Assembly: GCA_964199315.1 (NCBI GenBank)
Contig: OZ116705.1
Location: forward strand, 27,838,001-27,902,000
Origin: Orbicella franksi
Lineage: Eukaryota
Length of the DNA: 64,000 nt
Direction of reading: 5' to 3'
Shown: in pieces, positions 63,200 through 64,000 of the stretch
Numbering within the stretch: the stretch's first letter is position 1
Layout of the letters: each line of letters starts with the position of its first letter
Notes under the pieces: generated by a model
What the model saw: only the letters and a program-made list of their open reading frames with translations
What the model was told of the DNA's origin: nothing
Database searches by the model: none
Translations under genes and position numbers: made by a program

Positions 63200-63820
63200 A
63201 GGGTGAGGAGAGGAAGTCGGCAGGGCAGAGCCTGAGGGCTTTTTGAACAATATGCAATAAAACACGACCAAAACAATAAAGTTGCAGATGGTAAAAGCAA
63301 GACAACGGTAAATTAGCACATGAAACAAACTCGTGTGGGAAACTTGATAAATGTCCTTAATAACCTGTCGTACTTCTTGTAAGCGACAGGTCAAATTTTG
63401 GTCAAGGGTATCATAAGTGGTATCGAAGGACTGAAGGGTCGAATTATCAATGCGTAGTGGGGTAGGAATAACAAAATTGGATACGGGAGATGCATTGTTA
63501 TTTTGCAAAGGGAGGGAAACCCAAGGTACAAACTGATCGTAGAAACACAGCTGCTGAAACGAGTCCTTTGAAAAGGAAAGGAATAATGACATAGATGTGA
63601 TAAATTCCCAAAGGACGTAGAGCCATTGTTATCCGATGTCAGCATTAAATGTTTTTTGGTAGTAGACAGATAATAGGGGCCACCAAGATGAATAAGAGGC
63701 TTTTAGGGTGGACAATTTGTAATAAGGTACCGTTTGTCTGCATGGAACAGCAAAAGTAAATCTGTCTGTGATTGCTCCACTGCAAAAATTGAGCCTATTT
63801 AAAGAACGTTGTAATTTCTA
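63200..63820 (-). pseudogene. Env C-terminal fragment directly upstream of the array
   Basis: LIHLGGPYYLST; VPWVSLP.QNN..NFVIPTPLRIDNSTLQSFDTTYDTLD plus TM. Confidence 0.75.
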
Positions 63821-64000
63821 TGTAAACAAGCCTACCTAAAGCTAACCTTAAAACCTTACCAAAGAAAACACGTTTCAAAAACACTAAAGATCCATTTAGC
63901 TAGAGACTAGTAGAACTATAAGGATACACACACACGGTATTGTAGCGTTTTAGGTGTTAAGTGGACTTAAAGGCCTTGTTTGGGGAAGTTATTATGATCA

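Overview
AT-rich eukaryotic genomic DNA; the SINE/MITE families and gene content suggest a stony coral or another cnidarian (inference). Positions 1-25 kb hold two conserved genes arranged head-to-head. WDPCP/Fritz is on the minus strand, with 22 coding exons traced by hand from 20478 down to about 408; the stop codon was not located. Neurochondrin (NCDN) is on the plus strand, 20793-25024. The introns carry SINEs, MITEs and a pogo fragment. From about 25 kb to 64 kb is a decayed, duplicated accessory zone. It contains a caspase pseudo-exon, five or more broken LRR gene copies, a ~5.1 kb segmental duplication, and many nested fragments of env-bearing Ty3/Gypsy-like LTR elements. These elements carry unusual accessory ORFs downstream of env: a DnaQ/DEDD-like family (about 10 copies in four or more divergent lineages) and a BTB/Skp1-like family (3 copies, one intact). 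The DEDD-like cassette is amplified as a ~1.57 kb tandem array with A-B-A-B-C structure (about 53.9-63.1 kb). Every recognisable retroelement and LRR fragment in this zone lies on the minus strand. Family assignments come from motif recognition by eye; no database searches were run.
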